Source: an uncultured Aminicenantes bacterium
GTDB taxonomy: Bacteria > Acidobacteriota > Aminicenantia > UBA2199
Direction: 5' to 3'
Assembly: GCA_965195285.1 (NCBI GenBank)
Contig: CBDAFS010000052.1
Coordinates: 1-20,335 of the forward strand
Length of the DNA: 20,335 nt
Of this stretch, positions 1 through 8,982 are shown one piece after another. A program made the translations under genes and the position numbers. Positions within the stretch are counted from its first letter, which is position 1, and each line of letters starts with the position of its first letter. Under the pieces are notes generated by a model. It was not told the origin of the DNA. It ran no database searches and was given only the letters and a program-made list of their open reading frames with translations.

Positions 1-264
1 TGGTCTTTCAATCCAAATTTTACCCGCATCATTTAAATTTGACAAATAATATATTATGGCCGTATGACCATCTCTTGCCATCTCCTGACTTCGTTGAATA
101 GACCATTCCACGGGTGGATTATCCAAGTCCGTCCCCTTTGCTGACCATCCTTCCATGTCATGTTCGAAAGAAAATAAATAATCGCCTTGCCATGGCGGAT
201 TGTTAACACATCCACCAAATAAGAATAGCAAACCAATTAATGGATATAATAAAAAGTGTCTCAT
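1..264 (-). CDS. Putative lipoprotein, cassette gene, 3' end outside the window (absent from ORF track)
   Basis: Manual translation from ATG at 264: MRHFLLYPLIGLLFLFGGCVNNPPWQGDYLFSFEHDMEGW...GKIWIERP, open for 88 codons to the edge. Hydrophobic signal ending in a lipobox-like FGGC; AAGGA upstream. Confidence 0.8.
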   Translation of the reverse strand, partial: MRHFLLYPLIGLLFLFGGCVNNPPWQGDYLFSFEHDMEGWSAKGTDLDNPPVEWSIQRSQEMARDGHTAIIYYLSNLNDAGKIWIERP

Positions 265-296
265 TACCACATTTCCTTATCCTCGCCCACTATGGC

Positions 297-391
297 AAAT
301 AACGATTCCAGCATATACGACGTTGCGACCGTAGGGAGCAATGTCCCGAAGGGCAAGGGCGTAAGCCCGCAGCTTATATGCTGAGTTATCT
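297..391 (-). repeat. attC-like site 1 (95 bp, GC-rich mini-hairpin type)
   Basis: AAATAAC (297-303) ... GTTATCT (385-391); arms CAGCATATA (309-317) / TATATGCTG (375-383); the stop codon of gene 386-997 overlaps the core. Confidence 0.85.
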
Positions 392-997
392 GCTGTTGAC
401 AATAGGTTTTTTACATAAATAAGCATGAAAAATATTAAGAATTATTTTCGATTCTTCAATAATGTCAAAGCCCGCTGCTCTCAACTCTTCTGCGAACTGA
501 GGCCAATCAAATCTCGATTCTTTAGGATGAGAAAAACGCAAGTACTTTTCCGCAAAATCCACGCCGCTCCTATTCACCTCTTCTATCAACAAAACTCCTT
601 TAGGCATTAATACTCGATATATTTCTCGAAGTGCTTTTCTCCATTCGGGAATATGGTGTAAGATACCAAACACAAAGACAGCATCATATTTATCTGAAGG
701 TGAATCTATTTCTGTAACATCGCCAACAAAAAATCTTGCTTTCTTATATCTTTTCTTAGCAAGTTCTATCTGTTCTGGCATTATATCGAAGGCTGTTAGT
801 TCTCTTGGGTTATATCTGGATCCTATTAGCTTTGTGCTGTATCCTGAACCACATCCAGCGTCAAGGATAGCACTACCGGTTAAATTTAGGTTATGCTTTT
901 CCAAAAACCTATTTAAAAGCCGAAATTCGATTCTTTTCTGAATCCACCTTCTGATAGGATTGTTCATTGAAATGAACTCAACCCGACTCAATCTCAT
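386..997 (-). CDS. Class I SAM-dependent methyltransferase (cassette)
   Basis: Motif I ILDAGCGSG, YDAVF, LHHI, EIYRVLMPKG; Shine-Dalgarno AAGGAG. Confidence 0.92.
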   Translation of the reverse strand: MRLSRVEFISMNNPIRRWIQKRIEFRLLNRFLEKHNLNLTGSAILDAGCGSGYSTKLIGSRYNPRELTAFDIMPEQIELAKKRYKKARFFVGDVTEIDSPSDKYDAVFVFGILHHIPEWRKALREIYRVLMPKGVLLIEEVNRSGVDFAEKYLRFSHPKESRFDWPQFAEELRAAGFDIIEESKIILNIFHAYLCKKPIVNSR

Positions 998-1024
998 TAA
1001 AAAATCTCCTTATACACCAATGAC

Positions 1025-1109
1025 AGCTAACAGTTGGCGTGTTTGCGAAGTGCGAGGCTTTGCCGAGCATTTTGGTGAGCGATAGCGAACCGCATACCCG
1101 CTGTTAGAC
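1025..1109 (-). repeat. attC-like site 2 (85 bp, family B)
   Basis: AGCTAAC ... GTTAGAC; arms GCGTGTTTGCG (1037-1047) / CGCATACCCGC (1091-1101); homologous to the site at 3231-3306. Confidence 0.85.
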
Positions 1110-1163
1110 GACCCGTTAGGGCAAAATTGCGTAGCAATTTTGAGTGCCGAAGCCCGCAAGAAA

Positions 1164-1751
1164 TTATTCATGATATTCATTGGGACTCTTCTGAAATATT
1201 ATGCTGAATCTTCGTCCAATTATGTTAATATTTGGTTTCTTTTCATAGATAATCTTAAAGTTATTTCTTCTCATATAATTAACAATGTCATCTTTTGGGA
1301 GACTCCATTTTTTAAAGAATTTAAACTCTGGAAACGCAAGATCATTTAAAACATAGAAACCATTTGGTCTTAAAACTCGACTTATTTCGTTTAATACTTT
1401 ATCCCAATCAGAGACTATGTGATGCAGAGCATCAGAGGATAAAATTAAATCATATTCGTTATCTTCGAATGGAAGTTTTGTAGCGTCTGCTTCAAGAAAT
1501 TTTAGATACTTTTTTTCTTTATGCTCTTTTTTTGCTCTCGCTATTTGTTCAGGATCTAAATCAATTCCTGTTACTTCCCATCCATATTTCTCAGCCAAAT
1601 ATGAAGAGAGCACTCCAATGCCGCATCCAACTTCTAACACTTGTTTAACATTGCTTAAATCAATTTGACTAAATAAATGTTCAAAAGTCTTTATATTACG
1701 AGTGTGTGCACTGGGATTTACAAATATTTTTTCAAGTTTGGACATCTTCAT
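1164..1751 (-). CDS. Class I SAM-dependent methyltransferase (cassette)
   Basis: VLEVGCGIG, DATKLPFEDNEYDLI, LHHI, EISRVLRPNG; Shine-Dalgarno AGGAGG. Confidence 0.92.
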   Translation of the reverse strand: MKMSKLEKIFVNPSAHTRNIKTFEHLFSQIDLSNVKQVLEVGCGIGVLSSYLAEKYGWEVTGIDLDPEQIARAKKEHKEKKYLKFLEADATKLPFEDNEYDLILSSDALHHIVSDWDKVLNEISRVLRPNGFYVLNDLAFPEFKFFKKWSLPKDDIVNYMRRNNFKIIYEKKPNINIIGRRFSIIFQKSPNEYHE

Positions 1752-1827
1752 TTTGAAAACCTCCTAATATTGATAATATTCTTATCTTTAATAAATTTAC
1801 TTTTTTTAAAGCGGGCATTGGCATTTC

Positions 1828-1957
1828 GTCTAACGGTGAGTGTAAGAATAGTAGCCGATTGCGGTGCAACTTCCTATCAAACCGTTACAAATTTGAAGCG
1901 GGCTACAAACGCCCAAAAACCTACTATAGCGGCTATTATTTTTACACATTGTTGTAG
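1828..1957 (-). repeat. attC-like site 3 (130 bp, family A)
   Basis: GTCTAAC ... GTTGTAG; arms GTGTAAGAATAGTAGCCG / CGGCTATTATTTTTACAC; homologous to 3871-4000, 5411-5540 and 8983-9112. Confidence 0.88.
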
Positions 1958-1961
1958 CCAG

Positions 1962-3212
1962 TTATTCCACTATTGACTTATACAATTCTTCTCTAAAATC
2001 TTCTTTTTCCATCTGGCTTGCTACTTGCTCCGCTTTACTCTTAAAGTAACTATTGTTTACCAATTCAAGAATTTTCGGTTCAAGGTTCTTCGTGGTAATT
2101 TTACCTATTTTAATCCCTTTTGGTCCGACACCCAAATTATAAATAATTCTATCCCATACAAATTGGTCAATAATATGTGGGATAATCATTGTTGCACATC
2201 CATATTTAAGTGTCAAATGGGTTGTACCAGAACCTCCATGATGGATTACGCCATAGATTTTTGGAAAAATCCAGTCGTATGGAATTTGAGAAACAAAATG
2301 TATTAGCTCAGAGTCAAATTTATCCAGTTGGACAAGACCTCCTGATGCTGTATTAATTATTGTATGAATTTTATTTCGTTCAAGTATATCAATAATTATT
2401 TTAGTCTTTTCTTCTGGTTCTGGATTTAACATACTACCAAAAGTGATGAATATGATTTTACTGTGTTTCTCTATAAAATCTGTTAATTTTTTGTCTGGTT
2501 GCCAGTTGACAGTTTTGTTCCTTTCGTAGTATCCCAATACTTTAAGATTCTCGTTCCAGTAATCCGGTCGTGAAAAAAGTGAGGGGGAAATTGTATAAAT
2601 TGCCTTATTCGACAAAAGAGCATTCTTTATCTGTTTTCGGGTTATTTTTCTTGTGATTTTCAACCATTTTTTTGAAATCATTACTGTCATGATAATCCCA
2701 AAATTCGCTAACGAAAAGGTTAGTTTATTTAAAAAAGGACCAAAATTGCTGTTAAAAACAACATGCGTATTATCTCTCACATAATGCAAATAAGGGCAAG
2801 CACATACAAGAATATTTTTTCCTCTGTTATTTAATCCCCAAATTATCGGGTAATTTACTTTCCCATTGTATACAATTCTATCGGGAATTTCGCTTTCAAT
2901 TATATCGTATTGCTTATCAGTTAGCTCTTTATTAGCTTCTGTCTGATTTTTAGCAAGTTTTACATAAGCAATAAATTTCTTTAATCCTGAGGCACTTCCT
3001 CCCATAGCTGCTTTTCCAACCTTACTGTTCAGCATCTCAATATATTTTGTACCCAAAGAGGCAAATTCCATATTTGAATCCTCCACAAGATTTCTAAATT
3101 GTTCAGGAAAAGCACAGATTACTTGATGTCCCTTTTCTTTCAATATTTCTCCAATTGCTAAAAAAGGTTCCATATCTCCACGAGTTCCAATTGATATTAA
3201 AATTATCTTCAT
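1962..3212 (-). CDS. GT-B fold family 1 glycosyltransferase (sterol glucosyltransferase / Glyco_transf_28-like) (cassette)
   Basis: N-terminal GTRGDMEPF, FITFGSM, and C-terminal nucleotide-sugar motif IHHGGSGTT...IIPHIIDQFVW. Confidence 0.92.
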   Translation of the reverse strand: MKIILISIGTRGDMEPFLAIGEILKEKGHQVICAFPEQFRNLVEDSNMEFASLGTKYIEMLNSKVGKAAMGGSASGLKKFIAYVKLAKNQTEANKELTDKQYDIIESEIPDRIVYNGKVNYPIIWGLNNRGKNILVCACPYLHYVRDNTHVVFNSNFGPFLNKLTFSLANFGIIMTVMISKKWLKITRKITRKQIKNALLSNKAIYTISPSLFSRPDYWNENLKVLGYYERNKTVNWQPDKKLTDFIEKHSKIIFITFGSMLNPEPEEKTKIIIDILERNKIHTIINTASGGLVQLDKFDSELIHFVSQIPYDWIFPKIYGVIHHGGSGTTHLTLKYGCATMIIPHIIDQFVWDRIIYNLGVGPKGIKIGKITTKNLEPKILELVNNSYFKSKAEQVASQMEKEDFREELYKSIVE

Positions 3213-3230
3213 CTGCGTTTTTCTAATTGG

Positions 3231-3306
3231 CTACAACGTTCTGCGTGTTTGCGAAGTGCTGCAGGCATTTCGTTGAGCGAAGCGAACCGCAAACACGCTG
3301 TTAGAT
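3231..3306 (-). repeat. attC-like site 4 (76 bp, family B)
   Basis: CTACAAC ... GTTAGAT; perfect arms GCGTGTTTGCG (3243-3253) / CGCAAACACGC (3288-3298). Confidence 0.88.
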
Positions 3307-3325
3307 GAAGTTGCTGTCATTACAC

Positions 3326-3841
3326 TCATAGAAGCTCCGGGTTTATAAATAAATCTATCCAAGGCGGTTTGTAGGTAAACCAGACATATAGAAAAGTTGA
3401 GACGATAAATAAAATAAGAATGACGATTTTAAAACTTGGAGTAACTGCACTCTCCTCAATATTCTTTTCCATTATTCCGCCCATAACTCCGGAAAAATAG
3501 GTACTAAAGATACCCCATAGTAATTCTAATACCAAAGATTCGATTCTTCCAAAGAAAGCAGGCACTAAATACCAAATAAGCACAACAAACCAAGGTACTA
3601 TTATTGTAGATAGTAACCTGGGATACCAAAAGGTTTCTCTCTTACTGAATTTTCTTCTCATTACAAAGTATTCAATCAAGCTGGCCAAAAGATAGGCCCA
3701 AAATGCCATTTTTAAATGTTGAAACACCGATTCGTTAATCCCGCAGAGTGGTGTAAGAAAAGCCCAATGAGTTAAATCATACCCAAAATGCAATATGGAA
3801 AAAACCACCAAATAAAGCAAGGATTTAATATATATGTTCAT
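3326..3841 (-). CDS. Integral membrane protein, DUF6512-like (cassette)
   Basis: About 5 hydrophobic segments; LHFGY...INESVFQHLKMAFW motif recalled from this family; strong Shine-Dalgarno AAGGAGGTG. Confidence 0.75.
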   Translation of the reverse strand: MNIYIKSLLYLVVFSILHFGYDLTHWAFLTPLCGINESVFQHLKMAFWAYLLASLIEYFVMRRKFSKRETFWYPRLLSTIIVPWFVVLIWYLVPAFFGRIESLVLELLWGIFSTYFSGVMGGIMEKNIEESAVTPSFKIVILILFIVSTFLYVWFTYKPPWIDLFINPELL

Positions 3842-3870
3842 CTTTTCACCTCCTTTGTGTCAGCAATTTC

Positions 3871-4000
3871 ATCTAACGGATGGCAATATGGCATGAAGCG
3901 GATTGAGAGTGATTCGCTATCAAACCGAGATGAAGTTGAAACGGGCTACAAGCCTTAATATCACTACTATATCGCCTATTTTTTATATACATTGTTGTGC
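3871..4000 (-). repeat. attC-like site 5 (130 bp, family A, left arm diverged)
   Basis: ATCTAAC ... GTTGTGC; shares TCAAACCG, GTTGAAACGGGCTACAA, ACTACTAT and TATACATTGTTG with other family A copies. Confidence 0.8.
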
Positions 4001-4012
4001 ATTCGTGCATTA

Positions 4013-4495
4013 TTATTTCATTTCTAACTCATTTACAAATCTTACAATTGCCTCAAAGTCAATCTCGGATATACTTTCCATAGAACCTGAAATTTTCTTC
4101 ACAAGAGCTCTTTCAAAAAAGTTCATTTTATCTAAATTATATTCATAACCTAATAGTGCAGTACTAGATGCATGTTTGCGAAGATCTTCAGAAAAAGCAT
4201 TCTCAAATTGCTCAATAGACTTTTCACCTTGCTCCATGCAACAAAGAAACAATCCCAATGTTTTTGTCAAAAGAATGCTTTTGTTAAACTCACAGAGTTT
4301 TTTTGTTTTTTTATGTACAGAAGCCATATGAATTGAGCCCCCAATTATTATCCTGTCAAAAGTCTCAATATCCTTAATCTTGTCTTTGCTTAGATTTATC
4401 AATTCAGTTTCATTTGGATTGAGCTTATCAGCAATTATCCTTGCTACTTTCTCAGTAGTTCCATGTTTAGATATGTAAATGATTCCTGTTTTCAT
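4013..4495 (-). CDS. Flavodoxin-domain protein (Flavodoxin_5 / HemG-like) (cassette)
   Basis: FMN-binding loop IIYISKHGTTEKVA, IIIGGSIH, LGLFLCC. Start placed at MKTGIIY (4495) because the ORF-track start at 4516 lies inside the collapsed attC. Confidence 0.85.
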   Translation of the reverse strand: MKTGIIYISKHGTTEKVARIIADKLNPNETELINLSKDKIKDIETFDRIIIGGSIHMASVHKKTKKLCEFNKSILLTKTLGLFLCCMEQGEKSIEQFENAFSEDLRKHASSTALLGYEYNLDKMNFFERALVKKISGSMESISEIDFEAIVRFVNELEMK

Positions 4496-4503
4496 TTCTT
4501 TCT

Positions 4504-4532
4504 GCATGATGTGCATTGTTGTGCGTTCGTGC
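4504..4532 (-). repeat. Collapsed attC remnant (cassette fusion scar)
   Basis: GCATGATG (4504-4511, identical to 5404-5411) nearly abuts CATTGTTGTGCGTTCGTGC (4514-4532, 18/19 identical to 3990-4008); the attC body is absent. Confidence 0.75.
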
Positions 4533-4533
4533 T

Positions 4534-5328
4534 TTAATTCATTGTATTATATTCTATATTTGATATTTTTCCTTTAATGTATTCAAAATCACCACCCTCA
4601 CTATGCCATATAGCTTTTATCTCACTTGGGAACTTTACACCATTTTTTTCAATATAATCATCCACCACAATCGACCATGGTATTTTTTTATATGTTCCAT
4701 CTTTTTCTGCATAATATCTGTCTTCTGTATAAAAGCTAATCATCTCTCCTATATCGTTAAAATTAAAAGTCCCACTTACCTTTATGTCATTATATGTTAA
4801 TGTTGCTTTAGCATTATTATCATCAACAGCTTCCCATTTTATATAATCTTGTAATGCGTAGGTTGAAATAATAAATGTCTCTGATAAAACCGTTACTAAT
4901 GCAGACTTGTCCATTTCCACACCTTTTGCATCGGCTACGGTAAATAATTTTAAGAGTTTAATAAGCATATTGCCTTTTCCGTTTTGGCATTTATCACGAG
5001 CTTCAAAAGGGAAAATTCCTAAAATGTTATTTTTCATATAAACAATTCTCGTTGGTTCAGAAACCGAATTATATTGATAACAGTTCAGTCGCATCCATTT
5101 GTTATCTGGTGCTCTTTTAAAAAAAACGTTTTCAAATTCGATTTTTGCATTAATCATTTTTACTTTGCCAATATAACCGCAATATCTAAAATATCTTTGA
5201 ACAGGTTTTGGCAAAGTCGCAATATCTTTTTCTTTTATGGTTTTTGTTGGAAAGTTAGAATACTTTTCAATATCAGTTTTAATTTCTGATAAATAAACAT
5301 TTTTCAGTGAACTACAGCTTGTCATCAT
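4534..5328 (-). CDS. DUF6544/DUF6920-like protein; a probable lipoprotein signal peptide is frameshifted upstream
   Basis: DIATLPKPVQRYFRYCG and WEAVDDNNAKAT motifs. The upstream ATG at 5372 is out of frame by one base at an A8 tract. Confidence 0.75.
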   Translation of the reverse strand: MMTSCSSLKNVYLSEIKTDIEKYSNFPTKTIKEKDIATLPKPVQRYFRYCGYIGKVKMINAKIEFENVFFKRAPDNKWMRLNCYQYNSVSEPTRIVYMKNNILGIFPFEARDKCQNGKGNMLIKLLKLFTVADAKGVEMDKSALVTVLSETFIISTYALQDYIKWEAVDDNNAKATLTYNDIKVSGTFNFNDIGEMISFYTEDRYYAEKDGTYKKIPWSIVVDDYIEKNGVKFPSEIKAIWHSEGGDFEYIKGKISNIEYNTMN

Positions 5329-5410
5329 AAGTGCTCCTATTATTATACTGATATTAATTATTTTTTTTCCATAATAAACTCAAATTATTCAGGTGATTCT
5401 CTGGCATGAT

Positions 5411-5540
5411 GCACAACGGTAAGTATAAGAATAGTAGCCGATTGCGGACTTCACTCCTGTCAAGTTACATGAAAGTTGAAGCGGGCTACAACCCTTGAAT
5501 TTACTACTGAACCGGCTATTATTTTTATACATTGTTGGCA
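5411..5540 (-). repeat. attC-like site 6 (130 bp, family A)
   Basis: GCACAAC ... GTTGGCA; 18 bp arms 5423-5440 / 5513-5530, with two G:T wobbles on the + strand. Confidence 0.9.
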
Positions 5541-5634
5541 TTTCGTTGTTTTAATGTAAACTAAAAATCAAATTCAAATTTTACATATAACCATTTTTTT
5601 ATGTTTAGATTTAAAAATGCAATGTTACTAAATT

Positions 5635-8043
5635 TTATTTATTTAAAAACATATCTACTCCGTCTATAGTTTGAAATGCTTTGGGCACATTATTGAATGT
5701 TTCAATTTTTATTATATTATCATATAAAGGATACTTCATATCAAGTTTAAACCCATTATCAGTAGTTTCTATTCTTCTGCAAGTAATTACATTACTGCTT
5801 TTACTTTCATGTTTTAAATAAACCATTGATAATTCATCAATATCACTCCAATCTAACATTGAAAATAAAAAAGGGATAAACTCTTTTGGGTAAACCGGTT
5901 CAGCGATATGATATTGATTATTTTTGAATTGTATCGTTTTGTTTTCTATATTTTGACTAAAAATTGTATCATTTTTAACAATATAACGAACGGGTGATAA
6001 TTTATCTGATAATTCTAAGATAGATATAGAATTACCGCTTTTTATATTTACACTCACCCCTTTATTCCTTTTAGAAAACCAAACTTGCATTGTTTTTTCA
6101 TTATCTTTTGATATATAATTTAATGTATCTGTAGGGATTTGATAATTGCAACGTTCATGAGTAAATGTTTTCTTGTGGTCTTTAATAATGGCAAAAAGTC
6201 GTGAATCAGGGTCATATTCAATGCTAATTGTTTTTGCTTCTATTGGTATTGTAAATTCCGATACTTTATCTTCAATATCTAAGGTTTTTCTGAAATTTTC
6301 GTTTTCAGTTTTAATATCTATTTCCAAAGGAAATATAAAAATGGGATCTTCCTGCCTTACTATAATTTTCAGCAAACTATTATTTCCTACAGTTTCTAAT
6401 TGCGTTTGTACATCTAAAACAGGATTTTCTTTTCTTTGAAGCCATTGTTCTTTAAAGAATTTTAAATCCTGCCCTGAAACATTTTCAAAAATTTTCATAT
6501 AATCATCAACGTTTGACAAGTTTGTACCATTCATTTCTCCTAATTTGAATAATGCTTTCTTGAAATTTTTTGTTCCGATTATTGTTTCGAGTACTCTATA
6601 AACCCATGCACCTTTTGAGTATGCAGACCAATATGTCGGAATACCGGTTGAAGTTATTTTTTCTAAAGGCTCTTCGTACAAATCAAAACAATGTAAGTAC
6701 TTTCTTTTTTGATTTTTCCAAAGGTCAGTATCATTTTTATGAGTGTGCAGATATTCAAAAGATAAAAAGTTTGTAAATCCTTCTTTTATCCAAAGAGAGT
6801 TTCCTTCTACTGTGGGTTGTGGTGCACCATGACTTACTTCGTGTAAATAACCCATACCACCGGTTCCGATTATTTCTGCATTTTGAGCTATAATAGAATG
6901 ACTGTCATTTAACAATCCACCTTTTACAAAATTATCTAATACAACAAAGTTGATACTAAATTTGCCAAAATTATTAAATTTCGTATTTATCCAATTTAAC
7001 AGTTGGTTTACTTCTGATATTATATAATCTTGCTCTTTTTTATCCTTTTTATTAAAGTAAAACCCTATATACGTATCACCTTTAATGATTTCTTTCTTCT
7101 CCCAATCGTTTTGTGCATAAAATGCAATATTATCCATCCAAGTGCCGCTAATGGAAGCCTTAAGTTTCTTTATTCCGTTGTTTGTCGTATCATTAATTAT
7201 ATTCCCATATTGCAAAAGTGTGTATGTTTCAGGATATTCATAATCGATTGTAAATTTTGTGCTGTCTTTAGAGAAAAAATTACGCCCTTCATTATTTGGC
7301 GGTGGAGATGGGATTGCCGCAAAGCCACCAAACCGAATAAAGAAATTATTATTACCCATACTGATAAATTGATTATTGGTATTAGGTGCTTTTAAGTTTC
7401 CCACTATTTTCAGGTGATATATGCCGGTAGAATTTGTTTTGTAATAAACTATATATCCAAACCTGTCGTAGGTGATATCTTTTCCATTCAATTGAAAACT
7501 CTTAATATTAAAGTTTTTTGCAAGTTTAAAAATTAGGTGTGGTGTCTTTAAGTTTATAGAAACTTCACTCTCAAAAGTATAAGTTTTGGTTATTGGGTCA
7601 ACATTTACATCTAAATCATAAGTTAAAAAATCGGGGTTTATTTCGTTCATATATCGTTTAGTAATCAGAAATTTACCTGAAATATTTTCAATTTTATAAA
7701 TACGATAAATAAAATCGAAATATTCATCATGATTATCACCATCGTAAGCATTATTATTAGTTGGGATATACATTAAAACACTAACCGCGTCTAATCTAAA
7801 AACTTTTGCTTTTGAAAAGTTTAAATGATTTCTTTTTAATTGATATTTCCAGCTTTCTATTTCTTCTTTAGCAAAATCTTCTTGAAAAAATTCTTTTATT
7901 AATTCAATATCGGACGTTTTTAGTGTTTCTTGGAAGTTTTGTTCCCATAAAACAGAAGTTGATTGTGCCAAACATAAAAAAGAAAAGCTTAATAAAAATA
8001 AAATAATGGCAACTTTCCGGATTCTATTCATAAAATAATTCAT
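5635..8043 (-). CDS. Secreted M1-family zinc aminopeptidase (cassette)
   Basis: Signal peptide; gluzincin motif YLHEVSH followed by WIKEGFTNF; catalytic Tyr in AYSKGAWV; IEYDPDSRL. Confidence 0.88.
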   Translation of the reverse strand: MNYFMNRIRKVAIILFLLSFSFLCLAQSTSVLWEQNFQETLKTSDIELIKEFFQEDFAKEEIESWKYQLKRNHLNFSKAKVFRLDAVSVLMYIPTNNNAYDGDNHDEYFDFIYRIYKIENISGKFLITKRYMNEINPDFLTYDLDVNVDPITKTYTFESEVSINLKTPHLIFKLAKNFNIKSFQLNGKDITYDRFGYIVYYKTNSTGIYHLKIVGNLKAPNTNNQFISMGNNNFFIRFGGFAAIPSPPPNNEGRNFFSKDSTKFTIDYEYPETYTLLQYGNIINDTTNNGIKKLKASISGTWMDNIAFYAQNDWEKKEIIKGDTYIGFYFNKKDKKEQDYIISEVNQLLNWINTKFNNFGKFSINFVVLDNFVKGGLLNDSHSIIAQNAEIIGTGGMGYLHEVSHGAPQPTVEGNSLWIKEGFTNFLSFEYLHTHKNDTDLWKNQKRKYLHCFDLYEEPLEKITSTGIPTYWSAYSKGAWVYRVLETIIGTKNFKKALFKLGEMNGTNLSNVDDYMKIFENVSGQDLKFFKEQWLQRKENPVLDVQTQLETVGNNSLLKIIVRQEDPIFIFPLEIDIKTENENFRKTLDIEDKVSEFTIPIEAKTISIEYDPDSRLFAIIKDHKKTFTHERCNYQIPTDTLNYISKDNEKTMQVWFSKRNKGVSVNIKSGNSISILELSDKLSPVRYIVKNDTIFSQNIENKTIQFKNNQYHIAEPVYPKEFIPFLFSMLDWSDIDELSMVYLKHESKSSNVITCRRIETTDNGFKLDMKYPLYDNIIKIETFNNVPKAFQTIDGVDMFLNK

Positions 8044-8108
8044 TGCTTAAATCTCCTCATTTGATTTATAAAATTATTTAGTAATTTTATTATTCTTTTG
8101 ACAATGAA

Positions 8109-8239
8109 TGCCAACGATTGCAATATGAAATGTTGGGCGTTTTAAAACACAAGTCCTTCAATTTACTACACCGTTTATTTATTGCTAATTTGTTCATATT
8201 TACCACTTTCTGCCCAATTTTTTATATTGCGTGTTGTAC
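8109..8239 (-). repeat. attC-like site 7 (131 bp, divergent family A-like)
   Basis: TGCCAAC ... GTTGTAC; arms GCAATATGAAATGTTGGGC / GCCCAATTTTTTATATTGC. Confidence 0.82.
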
Positions 8240-8247
8240 ACCGTACT

Positions 8248-8922
8248 TTATCTTCCATTGCTAATTTGATGAAATCTTCGGGCAATCATAAATAACCATA
8301 TTGAAGTTGGTATTAATGATGTCAAAGCAAATATCATCCCTATCATTCCAACTGTTGATGGAACCAACATTAATATACCAGATATAAGTCCAATGTATGC
8401 AATCTTTTTACTAAATACTTTATTTGTAATCATCGCTACTGAAAATAATATTAATGAAAGTCCATTCAAGATATAATAGACACCAAATGCAGTCCCTTTG
8501 TATAGGGTAAGCATAACTTTTCCCGTAGTCAATAAAATTGTTTTCTGTTCATTCGACTCTGCCAACAGGAATTGATTACTTATAGACATCATTTCAAAAG
8601 ACACATTAGAAATGAAATAAACAGCTACTCCAATCAAGCCAAGAGTTAACGCAATCGTTGCAATTGACTTATGTGTATTTGATAATACTGCAAAAAATGC
8701 AAGATATAAATATCCCATAAACAAAACGGTCAACAAATAAAGAATGTCAAGATTTAACAATCCAATTATTGCATTGTCTTGAAAGACCAAATAGAAATCC
8801 AAAACCTCAGTTGGTGGTGACCATAACATAAAAATTACAATCTGAACAGGAATTAATCCCAATGTAATCCACGCAATAATCCCCGATGATTTATATAATA
8901 TATTCCAATTATTTGTTTCCAT
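8248..8922 (-). CDS. Polytopic membrane protein, DUF4386-like (cassette)
   Basis: About 6 hydrophobic helices; family call from overall resemblance only. Confidence 0.65.
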   Translation of the reverse strand: METNNWNILYKSSGIIAWITLGLIPVQIVIFMLWSPPTEVLDFYLVFQDNAIIGLLNLDILYLLTVLFMGYLYLAFFAVLSNTHKSIATIALTLGLIGVAVYFISNVSFEMMSISNQFLLAESNEQKTILLTTGKVMLTLYKGTAFGVYYILNGLSLILFSVAMITNKVFSKKIAYIGLISGILMLVPSTVGMIGMIFALTSLIPTSIWLFMIARRFHQISNGR

Positions 8923-8982
8923 TTTATTCTAATTTTTTATCGTTTTTAAGTTAAATTTCTATCTATCGTTCATTCGTATGGT

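Noticed and set aside
54-236. 60 aa minus-strand ORF in the track
   Set aside because: Out-of-frame shadow of the 1-264 ORF, which has an ATG, an RBS and a lipoprotein-like signal.
1677-4148. Plus-strand ORFs 1677-1976 and 3903-4148 share LKRAT...HCC similarity, suggesting a peptide family
   Set aside because: Both read antisense through family A attC repeats, and the same frame has a TGA stop in the copy at 5411-5540.
5457-5464. TTGAHA word conserved on the minus strand inside family A sites as a possible -35 box
   Set aside because: There is no -10 at 16-18 nt spacing, and the TCAA can pair with an internal TTGA, so the conservation is explained by structure.
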